Shown: positions 37,581 through 48,529, numbered from the stretch's first letter. The stretch: DNA of 64,000 bases from Clostridia bacterium (GCA_045540295.1 JAZQGY010000013.1:3251-67250); one strand, 5' to 3'. Notes: a model not told the origin generated them from the letters alone. Made by a program: numbers and translations.

Positions 37581-39026
37581 ATGTTATTACACGAATTGCT
37601 TCAAAATGCAGAAATGAATTACCAAAATCAGTTGAGCGAAGATGCCTTGAACACAGAAATCACCAACATTTCCTTCGATACCAGAACTGTGTCTTCAGGC
37701 AGTGTATTCGTGTGCATCAAAGGCATTCGTTCCAATCGTCATGACTATATTCCCCAGGCATTGGAAAACAAGGCTGCTGTTATCGTATCCGAATATCCTA
37801 TAGATACCAAAGATGCGGTGAATGTTGTAGTGGAGGATACCAACGTTGCCCTCTCCCATCTTTCAGCAGCGTTCTATGAAAACCCTCAGAAAAAACTTCG
37901 TATGATTGGTGTCACCGGTACCAACGGAAAAACAACCGTCACCAATCTGGTGAAAAATATGCTGGAAGTATGTGGCTACAAGGTGGGGCTAATCGGCACC
38001 AACGAAATCGTAATTGATAAAACCTCCTACCCTGCTAACGCAACTACTCCGGAAGCACCGGAATTATTCGGCTACTTAAAACAAATGGCAGACGAAAACT
38101 GTGATTTTGCTGTGATGGAAGTTTCATCCCACTCAATCAGTTTGGGAAGAGTGGCAGCTATCCCCTACGAAATCGGTGTGTTTACCAACCTGACGCAGGA
38201 TCACTTAGATTACCATATCACCATGGAAAACTACGCTGATGCAAAGGCAACCTTTTTCCGTCAGTGCGAAATTGCAGTCATCAACCAGGACAGTCCCTAT
38301 GCTGAAACCATGAAAGCAAAAGCAAAAGGAACCGTAATTACCTACGGTCTTTCGGATAACTGCGACTTTTGCGCCACAGAAATTGAATACCGTGCGGACG
38401 GTGTTACCTACACCGTGGTACAAGACAAAGACCCCTACACCGTAAAACTGCCGATTCCCGGCAAGTTTTCCGTATACAACTCCCTGGCGGTATGCGCCTT
38501 ATCCGGTGCGCTCTCTGTTCCGGACGGTTTTGTGAGAATGGCAATGAAAAAATCAAAAACCGTAAAAGGCAGATGTGAACTGGTTGACATTGACAAACCA
38601 TACCAGGTGATGATTGATTTTGCACACACCCCGGACGGCATGGAAAACATTTTAACTTCGGTCAATGAGTTTAAACCGGCAAGAGTAATCACCGTGTTTG
38701 GTTGCGGCGGTGACCGTGACAAAGGAAAACGCCCGAAAATGGGCGCTATTGCAAAACAGTATTCCGATGTTGTGGTGGTGACCAGCGATAATTCCCGCAG
38801 CGAAGATATGCAAGCAATCATAGACGATATTATGGTGGGAATCCCGGATAAAACCAACGTATATTCCCACACAGACCGAAAAGAAGCCATTCGTATGGCA
38901 ATGAACCTGGCACAAGAAGGCGACATCGTCTTGCTCTTGGGCAAAGGCCACGAAATGGTTCAGAAATTTAAAGATTACGAAATTGAATTTGATGAAAGAG
39001 AAGTTGTGAAGTCGTTATGCAATTAA
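37581..39026 (+). CDS. murE: UDP-MurNAc-tripeptide synthetase (meso-DAP-type motif)
   Basis: GVTGTNGKTT, MEVSSH, DHLDYH, DNSR (DNPR-like), GKGHE. Confidence 0.95.
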   Translation: MLLHELLQNAEMNYQNQLSEDALNTEITNISFDTRTVSSGSVFVCIKGIRSNRHDYIPQALENKAAVIVSEYPIDTKDAVNVVVEDTNVALSHLSAAFYENPQKKLRMIGVTGTNGKTTVTNLVKNMLEVCGYKVGLIGTNEIVIDKTSYPANATTPEAPELFGYLKQMADENCDFAVMEVSSHSISLGRVAAIPYEIGVFTNLTQDHLDYHITMENYADAKATFFRQCEIAVINQDSPYAETMKAKAKGTVITYGLSDNCDFCATEIEYRADGVTYTVVQDKDPYTVKLPIPGKFSVYNSLAVCALSGALSVPDGFVRMAMKKSKTVKGRCELVDIDKPYQVMIDFAHTPDGMENILTSVNEFKPARVITVFGCGGDRDKGKRPKMGAIAKQYSDVVVVTSDNSRSEDMQAIIDDIMVGIPDKTNVYSHTDRKEAIRMAMNLAQEGDIVLLLGKGHEMVQKFKDYEIEFDEREVVKSLCN

Positions 39027-40369
39027 CTGTGCATCAATTACTGAAAGCGGTGAACGGAACCTTACTGTTCGGCTCGCCCGACACCACCTTCCGCTATGTA
39101 TCCACCGATAGCCGTAAAAATATGACCACTGAATTGTTTGTTCCGTTGGTGGGCGAAACCCACGATGGGCATACCTATCTTGAAAGCGCCGTAGCAAACG
39201 GCGCTATCGGTTTTTTAACCCAAAGGGAGGCTGTGCCTCATATCGGTCAGTTTGCAGTGTTGGTGGATGACACTACCAAAGCATTGGGGTTGCTCGGCGC
39301 TTATGTATTAAAACAGTCCGGTGCCAAAGTAATTGCCATCACAGGAAGTGTGGGCAAAACCACCACCCGCCAGTTTGTGGCTGCAGTAGTTTCCGAATAT
39401 GCAAAAACCATTGCCACTTCCGGCAACTTTAATAATCATATTGGTCTCCCATTGACCCTGTTAAAAATGGAGGGTGACGAAAAATTTGCAGTATTGGAAA
39501 TGGGAATGAATCATTTCGGTGAAATTTCTTATCTTTCCAAACTGGCCAAACCACAAATTGCTGTGATTTCCTTGATCGGAACCTCCCACATTGAATATTT
39601 GGGAAGCCGTGAGAATATCTTAAAAGCAAAGCTTGAAATTTTAGACGGTATGCCGGAGGACGGTCTTCTGCTCTTAAACGGAGACGACGACCTGCTTTCC
39701 GGAGTACAATGCCGTCAGCATATTGAATACTTTGGAAAAAACAATGCCAAGTACCCTTACGAAATCATTTCTGAAGACGGCATTTTCCAAATGGATGGCG
39801 ATACGTACCAAATCCCCATTGCCGGTGCGCACAACATTCAGAATGCCAGTGCAGCGGTGCTGCTGGGCAAACATTTGGGAATGACCGCCAAACAAATTCA
39901 GAACGGACTTTCTTCCTTTCAGTCAGTAGGATGGCGCCAAAAAACCGAACAAATCGGTTCCTACACCTTAATCGCTGACTGCTATAACGCTTCCTTAGAT
40001 TCCGACCGTGCCGCATTACGGGTACTTTCCCAAAAGAAAAGCGACCGTAAAGTAGCAATATTAGGTCCCATCGGAGAACTGGGCGAATATCTGGAAACAA
40101 TTTTGCAGCAGGTGGGTGCCTGTGTGCAGGAAGAAGGCATCGACCAATTAATTTGTGTGGAAGAAGATGCCAAACATATCAAAGAAGGAGCAATTCGTGC
40201 GGGAATGAATCCCGATTGCGTTTGCTTCTTCCCAAGCCGACAAGAATTTATAGCAAAGATTCCCGAACTGTTTTGTGCCAAAGACGCTATTTTATTCAAA
40301 GCATCCCGGAAATATCAATTTGAAGAACTGTTTGAAGCTGTCAAACAATTCCTGAATACAAAGGAGTGA
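39017..40369 (+). CDS. murF: UDP-MurNAc-pentapeptide synthetase
   Basis: ITGSVGKTT, NNHIGLPLT, EMGMNHFGEI, DCYNA, KASR. Confidence 0.95.
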   Translation: MQLTVHQLLKAVNGTLLFGSPDTTFRYVSTDSRKNMTTELFVPLVGETHDGHTYLESAVANGAIGFLTQREAVPHIGQFAVLVDDTTKALGLLGAYVLKQSGAKVIAITGSVGKTTTRQFVAAVVSEYAKTIATSGNFNNHIGLPLTLLKMEGDEKFAVLEMGMNHFGEISYLSKLAKPQIAVISLIGTSHIEYLGSRENILKAKLEILDGMPEDGLLLLNGDDDLLSGVQCRQHIEYFGKNNAKYPYEIISEDGIFQMDGDTYQIPIAGAHNIQNASAAVLLGKHLGMTAKQIQNGLSSFQSVGWRQKTEQIGSYTLIADCYNASLDSDRAALRVLSQKKSDRKVAILGPIGELGEYLETILQQVGACVQEEGIDQLICVEEDAKHIKEGAIRAGMNPDCVCFFPSRQEFIAKIPELFCAKDAILFKASRKYQFEELFEAVKQFLNTKE

Positions 40370-41337
40370 TTTATATGCCAATTCCAATTTCAGCAGCCAT
40401 TTGTGCAGTCATAGGCTTTTTAATAAGTGCCCTGGCAGGCCCCATTTTCATCCCGATTCTTCACAAATTGAAATTTGGTCAACAAATCCGGGAAGAAGGG
40501 CCCAAATGGCACCAATCCAAATCCGGAACCCCCACCATGGGCGGCGTGATCTTTATTTTAGCCGTTGCGGTGGTAAGTGCAATTTTTGTGCGGGATTTAA
40601 AAGGCCTTTTTGTGGCGTTATTCGCTCTTTCCTGCGGACTGATTGGATTTTTGGATGACTACATCAAAGTCGTGAAAAAAAGAAATCTGGGCCTTAGTGC
40701 AATGTGGAAAATCATTCTGATGCTGGCAGTTTCCTCTGTCTTTGTCATCGGCGGATTGGAACTTAATCTTATCAAAACTACTCTTTGGATTCCCTTCACC
40801 CATATTTATCTGGATTTATCCTACTATATCAGCATTCTCCTGGTATTTATGATGATTGGTTTCATCAATGCAGTCAACTTAACCGACGGTGTGGACGGTC
40901 TGGCAGGCTCCGTAACTTTTGTTGTCAGTCTGTTTTTCACCTTAGCCTCCATGGTATTCTTATCCGAAGGAATGACCATGTTCTCTGCCGGTCTTTGCGG
41001 TGCTTTATGCGGGTTTTTAATTTTTAACCTGCATCCTGCCAAAGTATTTATGGGAGACACCGGTTCTCTCTTCTTAGGCGGTGCTGTGGCAGCTCTTGCC
41101 ATCCTAAACGATATGCCCCTGATTCTTTTAATCGTGGGAATTATCTATCTCATTGAAGCTTTGTCTGTAATGCTTCAGGTTACCTACTTTAAACTAACCA
41201 AAGGAAAACGAATTTTCAAAATGACTCCCATTCACCATCATTTTGAAATGTCCGGATTCTCTGAAAACAAAATTGTGCTATGGTTTTCGGCAATCACACT
41301 GCTTGGTTGCGTGATTGCATTCTTATCTCTCGTATAA
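40366..41337 (+). CDS. mraY: Phospho-MurNAc-pentapeptide translocase
   Basis: GTPTMGG, GFLDDY, NAVNLTDGVDG, FMGDTGS, PIHHHFE. Confidence 0.97.
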   Translation: MIYMPIPISAAICAVIGFLISALAGPIFIPILHKLKFGQQIREEGPKWHQSKSGTPTMGGVIFILAVAVVSAIFVRDLKGLFVALFALSCGLIGFLDDYIKVVKKRNLGLSAMWKIILMLAVSSVFVIGGLELNLIKTTLWIPFTHIYLDLSYYISILLVFMMIGFINAVNLTDGVDGLAGSVTFVVSLFFTLASMVFLSEGMTMFSAGLCGALCGFLIFNLHPAKVFMGDTGSLFLGGAVAALAILNDMPLILLIVGIIYLIEALSVMLQVTYFKLTKGKRIFKMTPIHHHFEMSGFSENKIVLWFSAITLLGCVIAFLSLV

Positions 41338-41391
41338 AACGGAAATTTTAAGAGAAAGGACGGTTCCGCAACCGGAACTGACTTAAACACC

Positions 41392-42528
41392 ATGAAAAAG
41401 CTTACTCCCAAACTCCAAATGAACTGGCGAAACATCGACCACGTGTTTCTTCTGACCGTAATTGCCTTAACAGCATACGGTCTGGTTATGGTGTTTTCTG
41501 CTTCGGCTCCCAGTGCCTTTTATATTCACGGAGACAGTATGTTCTTCTTCAAGAATCAGCTGCTCTGGGCAGTAGTTGGATTTGCGGTAATGCTTTTTGT
41601 ATCAATGATTGATTATAAATTCATTAAAAAATGGGTATTTCCCATCTATGGCTTTGCAATGGTGTTGCTCTTTGCCGTTTTGTTGGTCGGTCAACGAATC
41701 AACGGCGCAAAGCGTTGGCTGGACCTTGGAATTTCCACCATTCAGCCCTCGGAGTTTGCCAAAATTGCAATTATTATGGCTTGTGCCTGGGTATTGTCCA
41801 AAATAAAAACCATTGATGTGAAAGAATCTCTCCCCCATCTGATTCTTTGCGGACTGCTTGTGGGATTTGCAGGGATTATGCTACTGTTACAACCTCACTT
41901 CTCCGCAATACTGATTATTCTGCTGGCTCTTGGCATTATGATGATTGCTGCAGGAATCCCCATGCGGATTTTTTCTATTCTGGCAGGTGCGGTGGCGGTA
42001 CTTGGTACAGTGTTTGCCATTATCGAGCCCTACCGTATGCAGCGTTTGATTTCCTTTACAGACCCCTTCAAAGACAAAGCCGGTGACGGCTGGCAAGTTG
42101 TGCAATCTTTATACGCTATCGGAAGCGGAGGCTTTTCCGGATTGGGACTTGGAAGAAGTCGTCAAAAATTCTTATATATTCCCGAGCCTCAGAATGACTT
42201 CATTTTCTCTATCATCTGCGAAGAGCTTGGATTCTTAGGTGCAATCGCAGTACTGGCACTGTTTGCTCTTCTGCTGTACCGTGCCATCAGAATTGCCTTA
42301 AAAGCCCCCGACCGTTACTCTATGCTGTTAGTGTTTGGGCTCATTTCTTTAACCATCGTGCAAGTACTGTTAAATATTGGCGTGGCAACCTCATCTGTTC
42401 CGCCCACAGGCATTCCCCTTCCGTTCTTCTCGGCAGGCGGAACATCCTTTGTCTTCCAGATGATTTCTATGGGGATGATTCTAAACATCTCCACCCAATC
42501 AAAAAAAGAGGCAGAGCCTCATATCTGA
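41392..42528 (+). CDS. ftsW: SEDS protein FtsW/SpoVE
   Basis: NGAKRW, QPSEFAK, PEPQNDFIFS, GIPLPFFSAGGTS. Confidence 0.93.
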   Translation: MKKLTPKLQMNWRNIDHVFLLTVIALTAYGLVMVFSASAPSAFYIHGDSMFFFKNQLLWAVVGFAVMLFVSMIDYKFIKKWVFPIYGFAMVLLFAVLLVGQRINGAKRWLDLGISTIQPSEFAKIAIIMACAWVLSKIKTIDVKESLPHLILCGLLVGFAGIMLLLQPHFSAILIILLALGIMMIAAGIPMRIFSILAGAVAVLGTVFAIIEPYRMQRLISFTDPFKDKAGDGWQVVQSLYAIGSGGFSGLGLGRSRQKFLYIPEPQNDFIFSIICEELGFLGAIAVLALFALLLYRAIRIALKAPDRYSMLLVFGLISLTIVQVLLNIGVATSSVPPTGIPLPFFSAGGTSFVFQMISMGMILNISTQSKKEAEPHI

Positions 42529-42560
42529 AGTCCTGATTCCGAAAAACAGGAGGCGTTTTT

Positions 42561-43658
42561 GTGAAAGTACTGATTTCCGGTGGCGGAACCGCCGGTCACA
42601 TTAATCCTGCAATTGCAATCGGCACCTATCTAAAAAATCAGGGTGCCGAAGTGTTATACATCGGCTCCGACGGAGCTTTGGAAGAAAAACTTTATTCTCA
42701 AACCGGATGCAAGTATTACCGGTTCCCCTCTAAAGGGCTGGACAGGAAACACATTTTCCGCAACTTTAAAATTTTAGCTACTGATTTCAAGGCATACCAA
42801 AACATTAAAAAAGTGGTAGCAGAATTTAAGCCGGATGTAGGTGTCTCCACCGGTGGTTACATCAGTGCCCTGGCAATGTTTGCCTTAAAACAGAGAAACA
42901 TCCCTTTTTTAGTGCATGAGCAAAATGCTTACCCGGGACTGACCACCAAAATGCTCTCGAAATGGGCAAAATACTATGCACTTGCTTTTTCGGAAGCAAA
43001 ACCGTTTCTAAAACATCCCGAACGCTCTGTACTGACAGGGAACCCCATCCGTCAGGAGTTTTTATCCCAGGAAAAACACTTAGCAAGACAAAAGCTAAAG
43101 CTGAAAGACGATGCTCCGGTGGTACTCTGCTTTGGCGGAAGCTTAGGCGCTTTAAAGCTGAATGAAGCCTTTGCCCAAATCATCCCCAGAGCACAAACAG
43201 ACGGCATCTCCCTCTTAATCGGAACGGGTAGCCGTTACCACAAAGAGTTCCTGGAGCAGATAAAGGGTTACTCTTTTGACAAAAATCAAATTCGTATTAC
43301 ACAGTATATAGACGATATGCCTACCGTTCTGGCAGCATGTGATGTTGCTATTACCAGAGCAGGTGCAATGACGGTATCTGAGCTTTGTGCTATGAAAAAG
43401 CCGTCCATCCTGATTCCCTCCCCCAACGTAACGGCGAATCATCAGGATAAAAACGCCCATGCCTTGGTTGCTCTTGGAGGAGCGGTGAAAATCCCAGAAG
43501 CATCCCTTACCGGAGATGCTTTATACGAAGTTGTTCATTCCCTGGTTACCGATGCTGCCCGCCTGCATACCATGTCGGAAGCATTGACACCTCTGTCTAT
43601 TACAGATGCAGACAAAAGAATCGGCGAACTTGTTTATAAAATTGTTTCTCCTACGTAA
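42561..43658 (+). CDS. murG: Lipid II synthase MurG
   Basis: GGGTAGH, HEQN, GNPIR, GGSLGA, HQDKNA. Confidence 0.97.
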   Translation: MKVLISGGGTAGHINPAIAIGTYLKNQGAEVLYIGSDGALEEKLYSQTGCKYYRFPSKGLDRKHIFRNFKILATDFKAYQNIKKVVAEFKPDVGVSTGGYISALAMFALKQRNIPFLVHEQNAYPGLTTKMLSKWAKYYALAFSEAKPFLKHPERSVLTGNPIRQEFLSQEKHLARQKLKLKDDAPVVLCFGGSLGALKLNEAFAQIIPRAQTDGISLLIGTGSRYHKEFLEQIKGYSFDKNQIRITQYIDDMPTVLAACDVAITRAGAMTVSELCAMKKPSILIPSPNVTANHQDKNAHALVALGGAVKIPEASLTGDALYEVVHSLVTDAARLHTMSEALTPLSITDADKRIGELVYKIVSPT

Positions 43659-43708
43659 CAATCGGGCACACCTTTCATATAATGAAACTGTAAGAAAGGT
43701 GTGAAACT

Positions 43709-44980
43709 ATGAGATACCTGATTGAAGGCGGAAGAAAGCTTACGGGCACCGTCCCTATTTCCGGTTCCAAAAATGCCGTGTTGCCTATTTTGGCGGCAAC
43801 AATTATCACAGGAAAGAAAACCGTGTTACATAATTGTCCTGATATCTCGGATGTTCGATGCACCGTTGACATTTTAAAGTACTTAGGATATCATGTGACA
43901 ATGGAAAACGGTACCATCACCGTGGATTCAGGGTTTGATGCCAGACCTCAGGTCCCCTCGGAACTGATGGGAAAATTACGTTCATCCATTATTTTTTTAG
44001 GGGCTTTTATCAATCGGTTTGGCTATGCCGGAATTTCCTATCCGGGCGGTTGTGAATTGGGAAAACGTCCCATCGACATTCATCTGTCTGTACTATCCCA
44101 AATGGGTGTTCAGATTCAGGAAGATGCCCAAAAAATTTCCTGCAAGGCACCGTATGTGAAAAGCGGAGAATACCGCCTGAGCTTCCCCAGCGTGGGTGCC
44201 ACCGAAAATGTGATGATTGCTGCGCTGATTGCAGACGGCCCCGTTACCATAAAAAACCCTGCAAAAGAACCCGAAATTGTGGATCTGCAAAACTTTTTAA
44301 ATTGTGCAGGAGCCCATATTTCAGGTGCAGGAACCGACACACTTCAAATTCTGCCTGCAACCGAATTTTGCGATTGCGAATACCAGGTTACTTCAGACCG
44401 CATCGAAGCTGCAACCTATCTTTCTATGGCGGCGGCAACAGGCAGCACCATACACTTAACCAACGCCCCCGTGGCAGACCTTCAAAGAAACATTGCCACT
44501 TTAGAAGAAATGGGCGTTTATGTGTTGCCACATTCCAAAACCGAACTGACTGTGATTGCTCCCAGTCAATTAAAACCACTTGATATGCTGGCAACGATGC
44601 CTCATCCCGGATTCCCCACAGATGCACAAGCCATTCTGATGGCAACCCTACTTCGGGCAAAGGGAACCAGTATGATTGTGGAAAATATTTTTGAAAACCG
44701 GTATAACCACGTGGAAGAGCTCTGCAAAATGGGAGCAAACATTACCGTTTCAGGAAACACCGCAACAGTTCACGGAGTGGAAAAATTACACGGTGCTCAC
44801 GTTTGTGCCAAAGATTTAAGAGCCGGCGCAGCTTTAATGATTGCTGCACTTTCCGCCGAAGGAAAAACCGTGATTGATGATGTGCATCACATTGAACGGG
44901 GATATGAAAATATCATTGTAAAACTACGGTCTTTAGGGGCAAAAGCAGAAATTTTGGCAAAAGCGGAACAAATTCGCTAA
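43709..44980 (+). CDS. murA: UDP-GlcNAc 1-carboxyvinyltransferase (dcw copy)
   Basis: SGSKNAVLP, GGCELGKRPIDIH, SVGATEN, GFPTD, DLRAG. Confidence 0.95.
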   Translation: MRYLIEGGRKLTGTVPISGSKNAVLPILAATIITGKKTVLHNCPDISDVRCTVDILKYLGYHVTMENGTITVDSGFDARPQVPSELMGKLRSSIIFLGAFINRFGYAGISYPGGCELGKRPIDIHLSVLSQMGVQIQEDAQKISCKAPYVKSGEYRLSFPSVGATENVMIAALIADGPVTIKNPAKEPEIVDLQNFLNCAGAHISGAGTDTLQILPATEFCDCEYQVTSDRIEAATYLSMAAATGSTIHLTNAPVADLQRNIATLEEMGVYVLPHSKTELTVIAPSQLKPLDMLATMPHPGFPTDAQAILMATLLRAKGTSMIVENIFENRYNHVEELCKMGANITVSGNTATVHGVEKLHGAHVCAKDLRAGAALMIAALSAEGKTVIDDVHHIERGYENIIVKLRSLGAKAEILAKAEQIR

Positions 44981-45059
44981 GATGCCGTCAAAAAAACAAA
45001 GAATTGCAAATTGACTCTGTGTTTTTCACAGCATAAAATATATTCAAACGGGGATACTT

Positions 45060-45845
45060 ATGAAAGACGCAATGGGGTTGGGCACCTCTGCCCAACCGCG
45101 TTTCACGAAAAAAAAGAATCGCAAAAACAAGGTGTTTAAAACCACGCTTCTGGTCACGCTAATCTTAATTGCGCTGACTGTTGCCATTGGATTTTTAACG
45201 CCTGCTTTTTATATCCGTGAAATCACCGTAACAGGAACCAAACTGCTTACGCCGGAAAAAGTTCTGGATGCTTCAACCCTTAAAGTGGGAACCAATATTT
45301 TCACCTTCCGTTCTGATACGGTAACGGAGCAAATATCAGCACTTGCCTTTGTAAAGGATGCTTCTGTTACACGAATTTTTCCCAACAAGGTTTCCATTGT
45401 CATTTCCGAGTGCAAGCCTACGGCCCAGATTCTCTGCGGAGAGTCCCTGTATATTATTGTGGACGAAACCGGAAAAATCTTAGATACCACCAGTGAACGC
45501 AGTAAATATCAGATCCCGGCTATCGAAGGAATCCAGGTAGAGCAGTTTCATGTGGGGGATATTGTGGAAACAACCGAGCCGAAGAACGTGGAGCTTTTGC
45601 TTACCATTTCGGAGGAACTATTCTCCAATATGATGGAAAGCCAAGTAGACAAGCTCTTTCTGTCACAGGGAGATATTTTTCTTAGGTTTCATAACGAAAT
45701 CACAGCAGATATCGGAGACGGCTCCAACTATGCATACAAAATCAAATTTTTAAAGGAAGTGCTGGGCGAAATCCCGGCAGGTAAAACGGGAATCATAGAA
45801 TTTATAGATGAATATAAGGCGGTGTTTAAAGAATATGAACAATAA
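45060..45845 (+). CDS. ftsQ: Cell division protein FtsQ/DivIB
   Basis: Basic N-terminus, TM, POTRA (ITVTGT...VTRIFPN). Confidence 0.85.
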   Translation: MKDAMGLGTSAQPRFTKKKNRKNKVFKTTLLVTLILIALTVAIGFLTPAFYIREITVTGTKLLTPEKVLDASTLKVGTNIFTFRSDTVTEQISALAFVKDASVTRIFPNKVSIVISECKPTAQILCGESLYIIVDETGKILDTTSERSKYQIPAIEGIQVEQFHVGDIVETTEPKNVELLLTISEELFSNMMESQVDKLFLSQGDIFLRFHNEITADIGDGSNYAYKIKFLKEVLGEIPAGKTGIIEFIDEYKAVFKEYEQ

Positions 45846-46563
45846 ATGGAAAGCACAACTGGCGTTAGGTTTAGTCTGTGTGGTATTGGGTTTTGCCATC
45901 ACCATTCAGCTTAGAAGTGTGCAAAAAAACAACGGTGCCGGAACTATCAGCAGTCTCCGTGGCGCCGAAATTCAAAACATGTACATGAAAGAAAAAGAAA
46001 AAAACGAAGCACTTTATCTGGATTATGAACGTATTAAAAACGATTTGGACCAGTATAAAGAAGCCATTGCAGATACCAATGCCACCACCAGTTTATTAAA
46101 AGAACAGCTGGATAACGCTGAAATTCTGGCAGGAATGAAAGAGGTGGAAGGTCCCGGCGTTGTAGTGAAAATGAACGACGGCACTAAAACGCCCCTCCCC
46201 GGTGAACCGGAAAGTCTGTATTGGCTTCACGATTCCGATATTTTGCTGGTTATTAACGAATTGAAGGATGCCGGTGCAGAAGCCATTTCCATTAACGGTG
46301 AGCGTTTAACCTCTATTTCGGAAGTACGATGCGTAGGCTCTGTACTAAGCATTAACAATGTGCGTACCGGTGCTCCTTTTATTATCAATGCCATTGGCGA
46401 CCCCAAAACGCTGGAATCGGCTCTGCTCTTTAAGGGCGGTGTTGTAGCAGATATTGCTGCATACTGCGAAGTGGATGTAAAAACCTCCGATAAGATTGTG
46501 GTTCCTGCATACAAGGGTGCAATCAACTTCAAATATGCTGTTCCCACCACAGTAAAAAAATAA
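45835..46563 (+). CDS. DUF881 (YlxW-like) protein
   Basis: V.GPGVVV.MND, INELKDAGAEAISINGER, AIGDP. Confidence 0.9.
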   Translation: MNNKWKAQLALGLVCVVLGFAITIQLRSVQKNNGAGTISSLRGAEIQNMYMKEKEKNEALYLDYERIKNDLDQYKEAIADTNATTSLLKEQLDNAEILAGMKEVEGPGVVVKMNDGTKTPLPGEPESLYWLHDSDILLVINELKDAGAEAISINGERLTSISEVRCVGSVLSINNVRTGAPFIINAIGDPKTLESALLFKGGVVADIAAYCEVDVKTSDKIVVPAYKGAINFKYAVPTTVKK

Positions 46564-46581
46564 AGAAAGGCGGCCTTTGAT

Positions 46582-46968
46582 ATGTTACTACCCATTATCG
46601 CACTGATTGTCGGATGCCTTGTTGGCATTTACGTGCCGTGGAGCATCAACCCTTCTTATTCCGTCTATGTGGCAATTGCTATTCTGGCTGCGTTAGACTC
46701 TGTGCTGGGCGGAATTTCTGCCAACCTAAAAAAAAGATTCTCTATGATTATTTTTCTGTCCGGCTTATTTGGAAATGCCGCACTGGCTGCTTTCATCATT
46801 TACCTTGGTGAAAAACTGGGACTGGACTTATATGTTGCCATTGTTGTGGTATTTGGCACCAGAATGTTCCAAAACTTTGGAATCATCCGCCGATTCTACG
46901 TGGAGAAATATTCCAACCAAGGAAAACAACTCACCATGGAAGAACTGGATCAAACATCTCCCTCGTAA
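46582..46968 (+). CDS. sbp: Small basic protein (DUF1290)
   Basis: YVAIAILAALDSVLGG, FGTRMFQN; position after DUF881. Confidence 0.88.
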   Translation: MLLPIIALIVGCLVGIYVPWSINPSYSVYVAIAILAALDSVLGGISANLKKRFSMIIFLSGLFGNAALAAFIIYLGEKLGLDLYVAIVVVFGTRMFQNFGIIRRFYVEKYSNQGKQLTMEELDQTSPS

Positions 46969-47004
46969 AAATTACAGTTTTTTTACATTTTTTCAGAATT
47001 TGAC

Positions 47005-47033
47005 TTGCAATTTTAAAAAAAAGATGCTATAAT
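47005..47033 (+). promoter_or_regulatory. SigA-type promoter for ftsZ
   Basis: TTGCAA-17-TATAAT with a TG extension. Confidence 0.7.
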
Positions 47034-47113
47034 ATGAGAATAGTATGTAGAATTGTGCGTTTTTTCACGAAAAATGTAAACTTCAGATAGAATTTTCAGG
47101 GAGGTTTTTTGAT

Positions 47114-48241
47114 ATGGCATACCAAAACGACTTAGACACCTTTGCAAAAATTAAGGTAATCGGGGTTGGCGGTGCTGGTAATAACGCCGTAAACACCATG
47201 GTTGACCATAATATGGATAAGGTGGAATTTGTAGCCATCAACACAGATAATCAAGCGCTACATAACTCCAAAGCACAGACCAAATTAAGAATCGGCGAAA
47301 AAATCACCAAAGGCTTAGGCGCAGGAGCAAATCCTGAAATTGGTGAAAAAGCCGCTGAAGAAAACAGAGAAGAAATTGCTCAGGTAATCAAAGGTGCCGA
47401 TATGGTATTCGTTGCTGCAGGTATGGGCGGCGGAACCGGTACCGGTGCAGCTCCCGTGGTTGCATCTGTTGCAAAAGAAATGGGTATTTTAACTGTTGGT
47501 GTAGTAACCAAGCCCTTTGCTTTTGAAGGTATGAAAAGAAGCAATGCCGCTAAAAAAGGCGTTGAAAACTTAAAAGAATTTGTGGATGCATTAATTGTTA
47601 TCCCCAACGATAAGCTCTTAAGTCTGGTGGACAAGAACACCACCTTAAAAGATTCCTTCCGCATTGCAGATGATGTGCTGCGTCAAGGTGTGCAGGGTAT
47701 TTCCGACGTTATCGTGGTTCCCGGTTTAATCAACTGTGACTTTGCAGACGTAAAAACCATTATGAAAAATACCGGTTATGCTCATATGGGTTCCGGTATG
47801 GCAAGTGGCGAAAACAAAGCAGAAGAAGCTGCAAGAGCTGCAATCTCCAGCCCGTTACTCGAAACTTCTATTGACGGTGCAAAGGGTGTTCTGGTAAACA
47901 TTACCGGTGGTCCGAATATGTCCTTAATTGAAGCAAGCCAGGCAGCTTCCTTAGTTCAGGAACATGTGGATCCGGATGCAAACTTAATCTTCGGTGCAGT
48001 GGTTGACGAAAGCATGAAAGACGAAATTAAAGTTACCGTTATCGCAACCGGATTTGCTTCCAACGAAGTATTCCGTGACCATTTCAACATTCCTCACTTC
48101 AGCGCTCCCAAAAAAGAAGCTGAAAAACCGGCAGCAGAAACTCTGGACACACCTTCCTTTATGCAGACACCTTCCACAGAAGCTCCCAAAAAGAAAGAAG
48201 AAGTCCTGGATGTTCCGGATTGGATTACCGGCTTAAACTAA
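47114..48241 (+). CDS. ftsZ: Cell division protein FtsZ
   Basis: [28 protein letters not shown]-terminal LDVPDWI. Confidence 0.98.
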   Translation: MAYQNDLDTFAKIKVIGVGGAGNNAVNTMVDHNMDKVEFVAINTDNQALHNSKAQTKLRIGEKITKGLGAGANPEIGEKAAEENREEIAQVIKGADMVFVAAGMGGGTGTGAAPVVASVAKEMGILTVGVVTKPFAFEGMKRSNAAKKGVENLKEFVDALIVIPNDKLLSLVDKNTTLKDSFRIADDVLRQGVQGISDVIVVPGLINCDFADVKTIMKNTGYAHMGSGMASGENKAEEAARAAISSPLLETSIDGAKGVLVNITGGPNMSLIEASQAASLVQEHVDPDANLIFGAVVDESMKDEIKVTVIATGFASNEVFRDHFNIPHFSAPKKEAEKPAAETLDTPSFMQTPSTEAPKKKEEVLDVPDWITGLN

Positions 48242-48246
48242 ACAAC

Positions 48247-48278
48247 AAAACAGCCCTCAATATTGAGGGCTGTTTTTT
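48247..48278. terminator. Bidirectional terminator
   Basis: AAAACAGCCCTCAATATTGAGGGCTGTTTT palindrome. Confidence 0.9.
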
Positions 48279-48529
48279 TATATATTCTCAAACGTTTCTT
48301 TTAAAGCAATTGGAAAGACCGTTTCTTTTGCAAACCGATAGAGCAGGCTGAGGGTAGCTTGTCTGTTCTGCCCCGTCCAGAGGTGTTCTGTTTCAATCGT
48401 ATTCCCATCGTAACAATCCACCCGGATTCCATAGTGAAAATCATCTTTTAAAAGAAGATGGTAAGTAAGCTTAAACAGTTTGTTATTGTAACGAACAGTC
48501 TTTTTGATAACCGTGATTTTTGTCATCAT
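48278..48529 (-). CDS. Small clostridial hypothetical protein (DUF6514-like)
   Basis: YHLL...YGIRV...VFPIALKE pattern; AGGAAGGA RBS. Confidence 0.6.
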   Translation of the reverse strand: MMTKITVIKKTVRYNNKLFKLTYHLLLKDDFHYGIRVDCYDGNTIETEHLWTGQNRQATLSLLYRFAKETVFPIALKETFENI

